DNA of 42,946 nucleotides from a virus (Duplodnaviria > Caudoviricetes). The first letter of the stretch is position 1, and every line of letters begins with the position of its first letter. The notes below the pieces were generated by a model. That model was not told the origin of the DNA, searched no databases, and saw nothing but the letters and a program-made list of their open reading frames with translations. The translations under genes were made by a program, and so were the position numbers. Below, piece by piece: positions 1 to 8,133 of this stretch. The DNA is taken from IMG/VR virus record IMGVR_UViG_3300046786_000701, positions 1 through 42,946 of that record; one strand, given 5' to 3'.

Positions 1-429
1 TAATGTAGATTTTAAGGTATTGCTTACCTTATTATAATCATAGTTATAAATGCCAGCTTTATGATTTTGTAAAAACTTTTTTTTACGTTCTTCGCATTTA
101 TTAGGATTATTTTCAGCAAATTTAATTCTAGCGGCTGCATATGCATGACTAGTAACCCGGTATCCATTATATCCTTTTCTAGTTTTTGACATCCACCATA
201 ATGCATATACCATTTTTTTATAAAATATAGGTGTATCTTTGTATATTTTAACTAATAATAAATGACATATAAAATGTTCACGTGTAGATAATAATACTGT
301 ATTTTCTTTACTATTGTTGCCGCCACAGCTACGTGGTATTATATGGTGCTTTTCTAACTGTATATTTTTAGTTCTATTTTTTAATTGTGCTATATTAATT
401 ATATCGTTATATATTTTTAAATAATTCAT
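1..429 (-). CDS. HNH homing endonuclease (3'-partial, runs off the window edge; missing from the ORF track)
   Basis: Manual translation from ATG at 429 (SD AGGAG upstream): MNYLKIYNDII...LEKHHIIPRSCGGNNSKENTVLLSTREHFICHLLLVKIY..., open to base 1. HH-IIP..GG..N...EH..H motif, same family as 13805..14437. Confidence 0.88.
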   Translation of the reverse strand, partial: MNYLKIYNDIINIAQLKNRTKNIQLEKHHIIPRSCGGNNSKENTVLLSTREHFICHLLLVKIYKDTPIFYKKMVYALWWMSKTRKGYNGYRVTSHAYAAARIKFAENNPNKCEERKKKFLQNHKAGIYNYDYNKVSNTLKSTL

Positions 430-447
430 AGTATTCTCCTCTAGAAT

Positions 448-454
448 TATTTAT
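448..454 (-). promoter_or_regulatory. T4-like late promoter box (ATAAATA) for the HNH gene
   Basis: GATAAATA on the minus strand just upstream of the HNH SD and ATG; the same box precedes many genes in the window. Confidence 0.6.
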
Positions 455-478
455 CATTATTACCTCGATATCAATCAA

Positions 479-865
479 TCATTGTTTTTTTCTGATTTTA
501 ACCATGTGCTGGGATGAAACTGCAAATGGTTGCATATCAGTCTCGATATCGAACCAAGCTACATTTAGCTTTGGTGAATCTTGGTTTTGGTATTGCTCAC
601 TTAAACAGACGAATACTGGATTCATGTCTGCTTCAAACAATTGTTTATTACTATTGATAGACATTTCTTTACGAAAGTCTTTTGTTGATTTACATACTAC
701 CTTAGAAACAGGTGTATCGTATATTGATCGGTATTTTCCTTTTGGGTCAGAGTAATAAAAGGTATGTTTTACTGGGTATTCTCTAAATTCCCGTTTACCA
801 TTAACTCTTTCTACAACTTTGATATAATCGCTATCACGATCAAAAATTGCATCTATATAACTCAT
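479..865 (-). CDS. Family B DNA polymerase, N-terminal fragment (ends just after the ExoI motif)
   Basis: MSYIDAIF...LFEADMNPVFVCLSEQY...LNVAWFDIETD resembles a PolB N-terminus with ExoI FDIE(T); stop 18 codons after DIETD. Start placed at ATG 865 (ATGA overlap with the upstream gene). Confidence 0.75.
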   Translation of the reverse strand: MSYIDAIFDRDSDYIKVVERVNGKREFREYPVKHTFYYSDPKGKYRSIYDTPVSKVVCKSTKDFRKEMSINSNKQLFEADMNPVFVCLSEQYQNQDSPKLNVAWFDIETDMQPFAVSSQHMVKIRKKQ

Positions 866-1023
866 ACTGAATCCCCCCATAGAGAGGCTTCATCTTCACC
901 ACGTTGTTTTGCTATATCTTCTGATAGCATTTCTTCAATTTTGCATGAACATCTAGCTTCACAATCGTGTAGTGATGGACATGTCTCACAAACTTCAAAA
1001 TCGAAGTCTTCATTAATTTCCAT
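862..1023 (-). CDS. Small acidic Cys-rich protein (CxxC-x5-CxxxCxC)
   Basis: ATG at 1023 with SD GGAG; 53 aa; ATGA-coupled to the polB fragment. Confidence 0.6.
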   Translation of the reverse strand: MEINEDFDFEVCETCPSLHDCEARCSCKIEEMLSEDIAKQRGEDEASLWGDSV

Positions 1024-1068
1024 ATTATATTCTCCATTTATGATTTCCGGCTCATAAGCACCAACAAT

Positions 1069-1092
1069 GCAGGTGGGAATTATCCCACCTGC
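1069..1092 (-). terminator. 10-bp GC-rich hairpin after the DsbA-like gene (terminator or processing/stability stem)
   Basis: GCAGGTGGGA-ATTA-TCCCACCTGC perfect inverted repeat; the U-tract on the minus strand is weak. Confidence 0.5.
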
Positions 1093-1103
1093 TATAACTA
1101 TTA

Positions 1104-1358
1104 TTAGATTTTTTGTGTAATATCCAAGATAGCTTCGACTTCTTGCCAATCTTCATTATGATTGGTCCAATCGCCTTTATATGCAATTTTGATTGCTTTA
1201 TTGATAATTGCAGGTTTGATATCTAATTCTTCTGCAATTGATTTGACTGTATCCTTTAAGCTTTCTCTTAGATCATCGATTTCACGCATGACTGTACCAC
1301 CTTCGTTAATCAATTTTTCTAATTTAGCTTTTTCTTCTGGACCGTATGCTCTACTCAT
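1104..1358 (-). CDS. Small dsDNA-binding protein, T4 DsbA/GapR-like
   Basis: 84-aa helical protein (LINE..VMREIDDLRESLKDTVKSIAEELDIKPAIINKAIKIAYK) with DsbA-like length and pattern; SD AAGGA; directly behind a sigma70 promoter. Confidence 0.6.
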   Translation of the reverse strand: MSRAYGPEEKAKLEKLINEGGTVMREIDDLRESLKDTVKSIAEELDIKPAIINKAIKIAYKGDWTNHNEDWQEVEAILDITQKI

Positions 1359-1392
1359 TTTATTTCCTTATATTGAGTTGTTTAAAAAATAT

Positions 1393-1421
1393 ATTATACA
1401 ATAAGTTGCTTGTTTTGTCAA
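1393..1421 (-). promoter_or_regulatory. Consensus sigma70 (early) promoter
   Basis: TTGACA (1421-1416), 17 bp, TATAAT (1398-1393). Confidence 0.88.
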
Positions 1422-1427
1422 GCAGTT

Positions 1428-1456
1428 AAAAGAAAATGGCGGGATAAACCCGCCAT
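1428..1456 (-). terminator. Rho-independent terminator of the late operon
   Basis: ATGGCGGG-TTTAT-CCCGCCAT followed by TTTCTTTT on the minus strand, just after the stop at 1473. Confidence 0.82.
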
Positions 1457-1472
1457 CATTGACGTTGTAAAT

Positions 1473-3137
1473 TTATTTACTTTCGATGTCGGCTAATAAA
1501 TCACGTAATGACGCGATTGATTCAGCTACTGATTTTGGATATTTAGCATTATATGCATCTTGATCTGATTTTGCACTTGCTTGTGCATCCGCTGCTTTCT
1601 TTTTCAAATCATCGATATTTGCCTGTACGGGGTCAACACCGCCTGTTTTAATTTTTGCTAGATCTGATTGCATTGTTGCATTTTGATCTGCTGAAATTTT
1701 ATGCCAATCATCAGCTGCTGCTTGTGTTTCTGGACCCCAAATACCATCAATTTTCAAATTAGAACCAGTCAATGCATTTAACATTTCTTGTTTTTTCATA
1801 ATATCTGGATCTCCACGTTTTCCGTGTGGACCAGGCTCTGGATATGGAGCAGGTGGAATAGGGTTGTTGTTTAATCTACCTAATCCATATCCAAGCCCGA
1901 ACCCAGCAATACCAGCGATCAATGCTGCTTTACCTGGGTTTTGTTTCAACCAATTTGCAACACCCATTTTTTGAATAGCTTGTTTTTCAGCTGATGCAAG
2001 CTTTGGACTACTCAACGCACTTTGTGATAATTTTTGTAATTCTTTAGGACCTAATGCAGACACCTTTTTTTCAACATCTCTAAATACAGCATCCGATGCC
2101 CCACCAGAAATACCAGAAGGAATGCCGCCAGATTTGCCAGCGCCACCTACAAATTCTCCACCAGCCCCGCTGGTACCTAATGCACCACCTGGTCTTTTTG
2201 CAAGAGCCCCACCTACATCATCCATTCCTCCACCGATACCACCAGCACCGCCACCGATACCACCAGTACCGCCCCCTGATAATCCACCTGCATTTTTTGC
2301 TGCTGGCAAACCTGGTGCTTTGTATACTGCTGGAGCACCTGCTGGTGGTTTAATTTTACCAAATCCACTAGCAATATCATCTGCTGCTTTACCAGCAGCA
2401 TTTAATGCCTTGCCCCAAGGAACAATAGCTTCATCTAAATTTTTACTTTCGATTGCTGTTAATACATCACGTAATGCGGCAATATCTTCAGCTATAGTAG
2501 TTGTTTTTTTCATAATTTTTCCTTTCGATTCAGCTAATCCTGCAGCTGTATAAGTTTCTGGCCCAGGAATACCATCTGCGTTGATACCATTCTGTTGCTG
2601 CCATGATTTTAATTTTGTTTTAGTTTCTGGACCAAGTATACCATCTGGTTTAGCTCCAATTATTGATTGTAATTTTGCTAATTGATTGATGGGTTGCGAT
2701 GGTTGGTTTGCAAGTGCGGTAGTATCATGCTGACCTTTAATAGCACCAACTGCAGCGGTAGTACCTAAATTTATTCCAGCCATCGCTGCAAATTTACCAA
2801 GTTTTCCAAGATTTTTAGCACCAGCTATTGCTGCACCACCTGGTACTGGAGCGGCAACCGAACCAGCGATATCTCCAGCCATGTATGCATATGGATTTCT
2901 TTCTTCAGCAGCTTTATTAGCAGCAATTGCCTTTTCTAATTCCGCTTCATAAGGTGTTCCATTAAATTTTGATCTAAGAAATGCTATTAAGTTTTCACTA
3001 GTTCCAAAACTAGCACCATGAACTGCCCCTCTAGCAAAATCACCAGCATCTTGACCAAAATCTTGAAATGAATATTCATCTAATGCTTGTTCATATCCAA
3101 AACTTTCAATTAATTCTTTTGAACTAAACTGTTTCAT
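1473..3137 (-). CDS. Gly/Ala-rich putative internal virion/ejection protein with peptidoglycan-binding-like motifs and hydrophobic segments
   Basis: PG_binding_1-like LQSIIGAKPDGILGPET..WQQQNGINADGIPGPET and LKIDGIWGPET; hydrophobic AALIAGIAGFGLGYGLG; start at ATG 3137 (TAATG overlap). Confidence 0.6.
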   Translation of the reverse strand: MKQFSSKELIESFGYEQALDEYSFQDFGQDAGDFARGAVHGASFGTSENLIAFLRSKFNGTPYEAELEKAIAANKAAEERNPYAYMAGDIAGSVAAPVPGGAAIAGAKNLGKLGKFAAMAGINLGTTAAVGAIKGQHDTTALANQPSQPINQLAKLQSIIGAKPDGILGPETKTKLKSWQQQNGINADGIPGPETYTAAGLAESKGKIMKKTTTIAEDIAALRDVLTAIESKNLDEAIVPWGKALNAAGKAADDIASGFGKIKPPAGAPAVYKAPGLPAAKNAGGLSGGGTGGIGGGAGGIGGGMDDVGGALAKRPGGALGTSGAGGEFVGGAGKSGGIPSGISGGASDAVFRDVEKKVSALGPKELQKLSQSALSSPKLASAEKQAIQKMGVANWLKQNPGKAALIAGIAGFGLGYGLGRLNNNPIPPAPYPEPGPHGKRGDPDIMKKQEMLNALTGSNLKIDGIWGPETQAAADDWHKISADQNATMQSDLAKIKTGGVDPVQANIDDLKKKAADAQASAKSDQDAYNAKYPKSVAESIASLRDLLADIESK

Positions 3138-3814
3138 TATTTCCCCTTTGGTACACAATTAGGAACGGTTTTTTTACCTTTCTTCTTCATACCAACCTGT
3201 TTATAATCTTTCCAACATGATTCATTAGTTGGTTCTGGTAATAGTTTTTGTTCACCAACAATTGCATCATAGTGATCCATTGTTAACGTATCACCTTCTT
3301 CACTAAATTGAATTAGTTTCTCAGTGACATTATGTAAATCCATATCAGTTTTTGCATCTTCACGAGAATATTCTAATAAACGAATTAGTAATGGAATATC
3401 CATTTTTACTACATCTTTAGGATTTTCCATTTCTTCCATTGGTATATTATCTTGTACGCCTGGACCAACTCCACCAGTGAATCCTGGTGTATGACCTGGT
3501 ATTGCTGATTCTTTCATTTGAACACGTTCTGCAATGATCTTAGCATATTGATTAATTAATTGTCGCTTTTCAACTTTTTCTTGTTGAAAAGCTTCTTCTG
3601 CTTCAGCAAAATATTGTTTTAATAATGAAGGTTGCTTTTCTTCTTTTACAACTGGTTCTGAATAGTGTTGCATAGCCATTTGAACTGGGAGGCTAACCTT
3701 GTGTGGATTAGCCCCTTCATTAATAATACCCATGAATTTTTTCATGTCATTTGAACCTTCTACTGGTTTAGCGGCAGTACCATCTAGTGCCTGTAGAATT
3801 TTTCTCATATCCAT
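3137..3814 (-). CDS. Modular hypothetical protein, putative head-internal protein
   Basis: 225-aa ORF coupled at both ends; short modules separated by INE/MKE/MEE/TNE; terminal CWKDYKQVGMKKKGKKTVPNCVP peptide. Confidence 0.6.
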   Translation of the reverse strand: MDMRKILQALDGTAAKPVEGSNDMKKFMGIINEGANPHKVSLPVQMAMQHYSEPVVKEEKQPSLLKQYFAEAEEAFQQEKVEKRQLINQYAKIIAERVQMKESAIPGHTPGFTGGVGPGVQDNIPMEEMENPKDVVKMDIPLLIRLLEYSREDAKTDMDLHNVTEKLIQFSEEGDTLTMDHYDAIVGEQKLLPEPTNESCWKDYKQVGMKKKGKKTVPNCVPKGK

Positions 3815-5133
3815 TACTTTAATCCGCTCAACATTTTGATAGCAGCCAACTCAGTTGATTCATTAATAGATTCTTTAGTTGCTTTTTCTGCTTTGTTTAA
3901 TGCCCGTTCTTTTCTTGCTTTGGCTTGTTGCCACTCTTGACCAGCTTTCTTAATCCCTGCATTATCACCGGCTTCATCAGCTGCATCCGTTGCTGTTTCA
4001 GCATCTTTCATTTTATTAGTTTGGCGATGTGCAACACCTTTATAACCTTTTTCAGAAAATGGACTTTTCTTTTCCCACGGTTTTAGATCTAATTCATCTA
4101 ATTGTTGATCTTCTGCATAAACGCCTTCACCAAATGCCATTTCAACGTCTTCTTTGATATTTTTCCACATAGCTGCAGCGGCAATTCGTTTACCTTTTTC
4201 ACCACCACCCGCTTTTTTAGCTACTTTATCAAAGTTTTTACCAGGTTTGCCAATATCTTTACCTGCTTTTGCATCTTTAACAAATTTAGATTTTTTAGCT
4301 TTAGATAATCCAGCACTCGGTTTAGATTCTTCCATTTTATCAACTGCGGTAGAAATACCACGAGTACGATTTACTACTTTACGGCCTAACTCTGCTTGCT
4401 TTTTAGATGAATCGGTTTTAGCTAATTTAGTTGATTTATCAACTAAATCCTGTGATGCAGCTTTTGTATATGATTTCAAGGTGCTTTTATCCAATTCATC
4501 AAGTTGTTTTTCTTTTCCTTTTTTAGCAGTGCTTTTTTTATAAGCAGCTTTTGCATCATCTTCCTCATCTGCTGGGTCGAAACCTGGGTCATCATTGTCA
4601 TAATGTTTTACACGTGGTCTACTATGAAATGAATCTTCATAGTCCCAATCTGAATCATAAGAATGTCGAGATTCGCCAAATTGTTTGGCAGATGTTTTAC
4701 CTTCTGATAATTTTTGAGCTTGTGCAATTTTAAGAGAGCGAACCATTGTTCTGGCTTCATTCAATTTATTTTGAATGATTGCTTTTTGACTTTCAGTATA
4801 CATGTCGCTGCTTTCTAATTTAGCACCATATTCACTAATTTTCATTTCATATTCTAAGTAGTGATAAACTGAGGCAATATAATCAGCAGCTTTAGTAATT
4901 TTGGCTTGTACCCACGCTTCTAATTGTTGATTATCTTCAATTTTTTTGAATAATTTGTAGCTGTAATTTGATAATTTAAACAAATCAGCCTTAGCCATTG
5001 CACCTTCTTGATCAACCTCACCATTTGGTAATGTTCCTTGAGTAGCCACAGGGCTTGCATTATGCATTTCAGCACCAGGTAATTGGAATTCATCCAATTG
5101 TGTTTGCTGAGTAGATTTTGATTCCGGTTTCAT
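3814..5133 (-). CDS. Modular charged hypothetical protein, putative head-internal/core protein
   Basis: ATG 5133 with SD GGAG and its own ATAAATA box; three QLDE sites; basic modules; C-terminal LAAIKMLSGLK. Confidence 0.6.
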   Translation of the reverse strand: MKPESKSTQQTQLDEFQLPGAEMHNASPVATQGTLPNGEVDQEGAMAKADLFKLSNYSYKLFKKIEDNQQLEAWVQAKITKAADYIASVYHYLEYEMKISEYGAKLESSDMYTESQKAIIQNKLNEARTMVRSLKIAQAQKLSEGKTSAKQFGESRHSYDSDWDYEDSFHSRPRVKHYDNDDPGFDPADEEDDAKAAYKKSTAKKGKEKQLDELDKSTLKSYTKAASQDLVDKSTKLAKTDSSKKQAELGRKVVNRTRGISTAVDKMEESKPSAGLSKAKKSKFVKDAKAGKDIGKPGKNFDKVAKKAGGGEKGKRIAAAAMWKNIKEDVEMAFGEGVYAEDQQLDELDLKPWEKKSPFSEKGYKGVAHRQTNKMKDAETATDAADEAGDNAGIKKAGQEWQQAKARKERALNKAEKATKESINESTELAAIKMLSGLK

Positions 5134-5152
5134 ATTTAACTCCAATATCTTG

Positions 5153-5159
5153 TATTTAT
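5153..5159 (-). promoter_or_regulatory. Late promoter box (GATAAATA)
   Basis: Overlaps the stop of 5156..5341, about 20 nt before ATG 5133. Confidence 0.6.
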
Positions 5160-5341
5160 CTTCTTTTGATGCTTCCGCCTGTCATTAAGTTAGCATTTTG
5201 ATCTAACGCATTAACTACAGTGCCATCTTTATTCTTTTTTTGGTTAGGACCTTTATTTGGATATACAGCACCAACACCTACATTTGCTGCACTTGTTGCA
5301 CCAGCGGTTGCAGTTTCTTTGATTATTTCATATATTTTCAT
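5156..5341 (-). CDS. Small hypothetical protein with capsid-targeting-like leader MKIYEIIKE
   Basis: 61-aa ORF, TGATG-coupled to the upstream gene. Confidence 0.65.
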   Translation of the reverse strand: MKIYEIIKETATAGATSAANVGVGAVYPNKGPNQKKNKDGTVVNALDQNANLMTGGSIKRR

Positions 5342-5601
5342 CAGTTATTCCTTCCAAACCAATGTTCAAACCATTCATCGGTCCCAGGTTTTATTCCTTG
5401 TTCTCTTGCAATTCTTCCTTTATCACTACCAACAATCACAGGTTTTTGTGAATTAATGTAGTTAGCAAGTGCGTGTTCGCTACCTAATCCACCCATCATT
5501 GCTACTTTTTTAAGTTCATGAATTGGATCATCTGGTGCTAAGTAGCAATCATCTTCACTCGGTGGACATAGATCAGCTGTTGTAATTCTAATCTGCCTCA
5601 T
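5341..5601 (-). CDS. Hypothetical protein
   Basis: 86-aa ORF coupled at both ends (TAATG, TGATG). Confidence 0.7.
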   Translation of the reverse strand: MRQIRITTADLCPPSEDDCYLAPDDPIHELKKVAMMGGLGSEHALANYINSQKPVIVGSDKGRIAREQGIKPGTDEWFEHWFGRNN

Positions 5602-6533
5602 TAAATACCATACTTATTTCGTTTGGCAGGTGAAATTGCACTGAGTTTATTGACATCAGGTTTTTCTGCACTTTTATTAGATGTAAGATTTTTCAAATGG
5701 CCAACATCAGCTTGTTGAGCTGCATATTGCACCATTTTTCGTTCTTCATCGGTATATGTAGTAATTAATGGATCTCCACCAATATCATTTACTGCTTTAG
5801 TTGGATATTCTGGTGCGCCAGCGAGTGCTATTCCAAATCTCCAGCTTTTGTAAGCATCACCAGCATTGTTATTTGCGTCTGGGGTTGTAATGGCACCTTT
5901 AATACTAGCTTTTGCTGCATCCCCAAGTGGATGAATGCCACCTTCTGTTAATGTATTATACATGTCAAATAATGCTTCTTCCAAGTGAAATGCATCAAGA
6001 TTTTTTTGAGGAGTTTTTTTATTGACATCTTTAGTACTGTTTTGGTTAGTTATAATACCAACCCCAGCACATTCTTCAACATCGACATCTTCATTCCTTG
6101 TACGACCCTTGAAATTTCTACCACGAGATTTCAAATGATTCCATGGATTATCACCTTGTCCTCGACCACTTCTTTTTCCAACATTATGCCTTGAAAACAT
6201 TTTTAATTCTTCATCGGTCATTTGGTCTGGTTCACCACATTCGGCTTTAACTTTATTATGTTTATATGGGCGTAAATCATCAATGGTAGTTACAATGTGT
6301 TGTAGAGATGGTTCTTTAATGATTACCCCAACATCTTCACGGTGTTTTATATACGCAATTTTACCAACACCTTGATAATGTTTAACTAAAACCAGATCAC
6401 CCACTGCGTATCTTGGAATTTGTGGGTATCCACCACCAAAGTCTCCTTTGTTTAATATTTCGCCATTATTCTTAAGAATGTCATATAAATTTTCTAGTAA
6501 TACTTTTGGGGTCAATTTATCTTTATCACTCAT
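5601..6533 (-). CDS. Modular hypothetical protein (SH3/KOW-like segment plus Glu-delimited modules)
   Basis: 310 aa, SD AAGGA; AVGDLVLVKHYQGVGKIAYI beta motif; LLE/VEE/LEE/LTE sites. Confidence 0.65.
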   Translation of the reverse strand: MSDKDKLTPKVLLENLYDILKNNGEILNKGDFGGGYPQIPRYAVGDLVLVKHYQGVGKIAYIKHREDVGVIIKEPSLQHIVTTIDDLRPYKHNKVKAECGEPDQMTDEELKMFSRHNVGKRSGRGQGDNPWNHLKSRGRNFKGRTRNEDVDVEECAGVGIITNQNSTKDVNKKTPQKNLDAFHLEEALFDMYNTLTEGGIHPLGDAAKASIKGAITTPDANNNAGDAYKSWRFGIALAGAPEYPTKAVNDIGGDPLITTYTDEERKMVQYAAQQADVGHLKNLTSNKSAEKPDVNKLSAISPAKRNKYGI

Positions 6534-6547
6534 TTTGTTATCCTTAA

Positions 6548-7078
6548 CTAACTAATAAATTCTTCAACTAAATTGAAGAATTTAAATACTCTATTATTTA
6601 TGCTAATTTCGGTATCAGCGGAAATACCTGCAGCTTCACTAAATAATTCTTTATCGCCAGTCTTTACTGCATCACGTAATGTAGTTGCAGAACTTAATCT
6701 TGGAGTTTCTTCTTGAATAATAGAATCAAATTTAAAATATCCATGAGTACTTTTAACACCATTATATTTTTCTAACGATTTAGCTAGCCAGTCTTCATCA
6801 GTACATACTTTTAATTGAATATGTTCACCAAATGTTTCATAGATCTTAGATGCTAATGTGAACAGATTTTGTTCAGGAATGATATGGTCAGCTACATTAG
6901 GTAATATAGTTTCCATCACTTTTAATTTTACATCGAAAGGTAATGGATCTTTAGGTCCAATAGTATTAGGATTAGTGCCAATAAAGAAGTTGTCGGATTG
7001 TGCTGCAATCTTCCAAGATTCTTTATGGCCTTTATGTGGTGGATTATATCGGCCAAAACAAATTCCTATGGTGTCCAT
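6548..7078 (-). CDS. HxGH cytidylyl/adenylyltransferase-like protein
   Basis: FGRYNPPHKGH N-terminal motif and downstream RLSSATTLR (SxT-type) motif of the HIGH nucleotidyltransferase superfamily. Confidence 0.82.
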   Translation of the reverse strand: MDTIGICFGRYNPPHKGHKESWKIAAQSDNFFIGTNPNTIGPKDPLPFDVKLKVMETILPNVADHIIPEQNLFTLASKIYETFGEHIQLKVCTDEDWLAKSLEKYNGVKSTHGYFKFDSIIQEETPRLSSATTLRDAVKTGDKELFSEAAGISADTEISINNRVFKFFNLVEEFIS

Positions 7079-8133
7079 TTATGCCTCGGCACTAATTTAA
7101 TATTTCCAAATTGTTTGTTATCATCAGAATATCTTACCCATCCTTCTGGGTTATATGCTTTAACATCACAATCATGATTTTCAAGTTCTTCGATAATTTG
7201 ATTTTTGATATCACGTATAGTATATATTAATCTAAACGTATCATTATACGCTTCCTGGTTGGAGTATATTCTATTCATAATTTTAGACAGTTGAGATCCA
7301 CTGATCCTAAATTGTCCATTACTTAACCAACCATAAAATGATACAAGTAGATCATATTTCATTTTAGCATTAATATATTTGTAGATATACTCACGTAATT
7401 CACTGACACCGGTGATGGGTTTTAAAAATTCATCAAGATGATCACACATGTCGATCATGTCAAGTATTGTGTCTTCTGTTAATCGATATTGTATATCAAC
7501 TTTAGAATAATATGGATTGAGTACTATCACTTCATCAGTTGTATTGAAAATATCAAAATTATCTAATGGAAGTTGTTGATCATCTTTCAATCCAAATGCA
7601 TCAAAATAAGCATGTCCTGCTAATAGAATATTAGAGTTTTCTAATCGTTTTCCTAGTGCAGTATCTTTATTAACTGTATAACCGGTGTGATTAGGATAAA
7701 AATTATATTCGTTATTAGCTAACGGTGGTTTATTCCAATATAAAAGATCAGCATAGACAAATCCAACGAAGTCTTTTGGTGTAGCGGCATCTAATAATGG
7801 AAATAACTTGCCAAACTTATTAGCATGTTCCTTACGTTGTTCTGATACATTTATACGATCTTTACCAGACTGATTAACTATAAAGTCATATAGTTCTTCC
7901 GGCGATGTAGATTTACTACCACGTGCCCATCCGTTATGCCCAGTCATAATAAGTGGTCCATTTACAGTTTCTCTTCCCCAGTATACCTGTAATCCTCCAT
8001 CCCATTTCATTCTAACCGAGCTAGAATCATTACAAATTTCTTGGATATGTTGAATAGCTTCTTTTACACCATCAGACCCATAGAAGAAAACTAAATCTTC
8101 TAAGTGATTAAACGCTCTTCCGAGTTTTTTCAT
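7066..8133 (-). CDS. Ligase-like covalent nucleotidyltransferase (KxDG) family protein, possibly DUF6267-like
   Basis: HLEDL, MKWDG (motif I KxDG), EGWV (motif IV-like) and IKLV (motif V-like) in the expected order. Confidence 0.6.
   Translation of the reverse strand: MKKLGRAFNHLEDLVFFYGSDGVKEAIQHIQEICNDSSSVRMKWDGGLQVYWGRETVNGPLIMTGHNGWARGSKSTSPEELYDFIVNQSGKDRINVSEQRKEHANKFGKLFPLLDAATPKDFVGFVYADLLYWNKPPLANNEYNFYPNHTGYTVNKDTALGKRLENSNILLAGHAYFDAFGLKDDQQLPLDNFDIFNTTDEVIVLNPYYSKVDIQYRLTEDTILDMIDMCDHLDEFLKPITGVSELREYIYKYINAKMKYDLLVSFYGWLSNGQFRISGSQLSKIMNRIYSNQEAYNDTFRLIYTIRDIKNQIIEELENHDCDVKAYNPEGWVRYSDDNKQFGNIKLVPRHKWTP

Noticed and set aside
24-206. 60-aa ORF from the track
   Set aside because: Out-of-frame shadow inside the real HNH gene (429 to <1).
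430-535. Group I intron core between the polB fragment and the HNH
   Set aside because: Only about 50 non-coding nt and no recognisable P/Q/R/S elements. An intron core beyond the window cannot be excluded.
2096-2553. Pro-rich and His-rich plus-strand ORFs
   Set aside because: Antisense translation of the Gly-rich low-complexity region; no SD or promoter.
6548-7078. Specific call as nadD/NMNAT of an NAD reconstitution pathway
   Set aside because: Only the superfamily HxGH motif is evident and no Nampt-, Adps- or Namat-like partner is present in the window.
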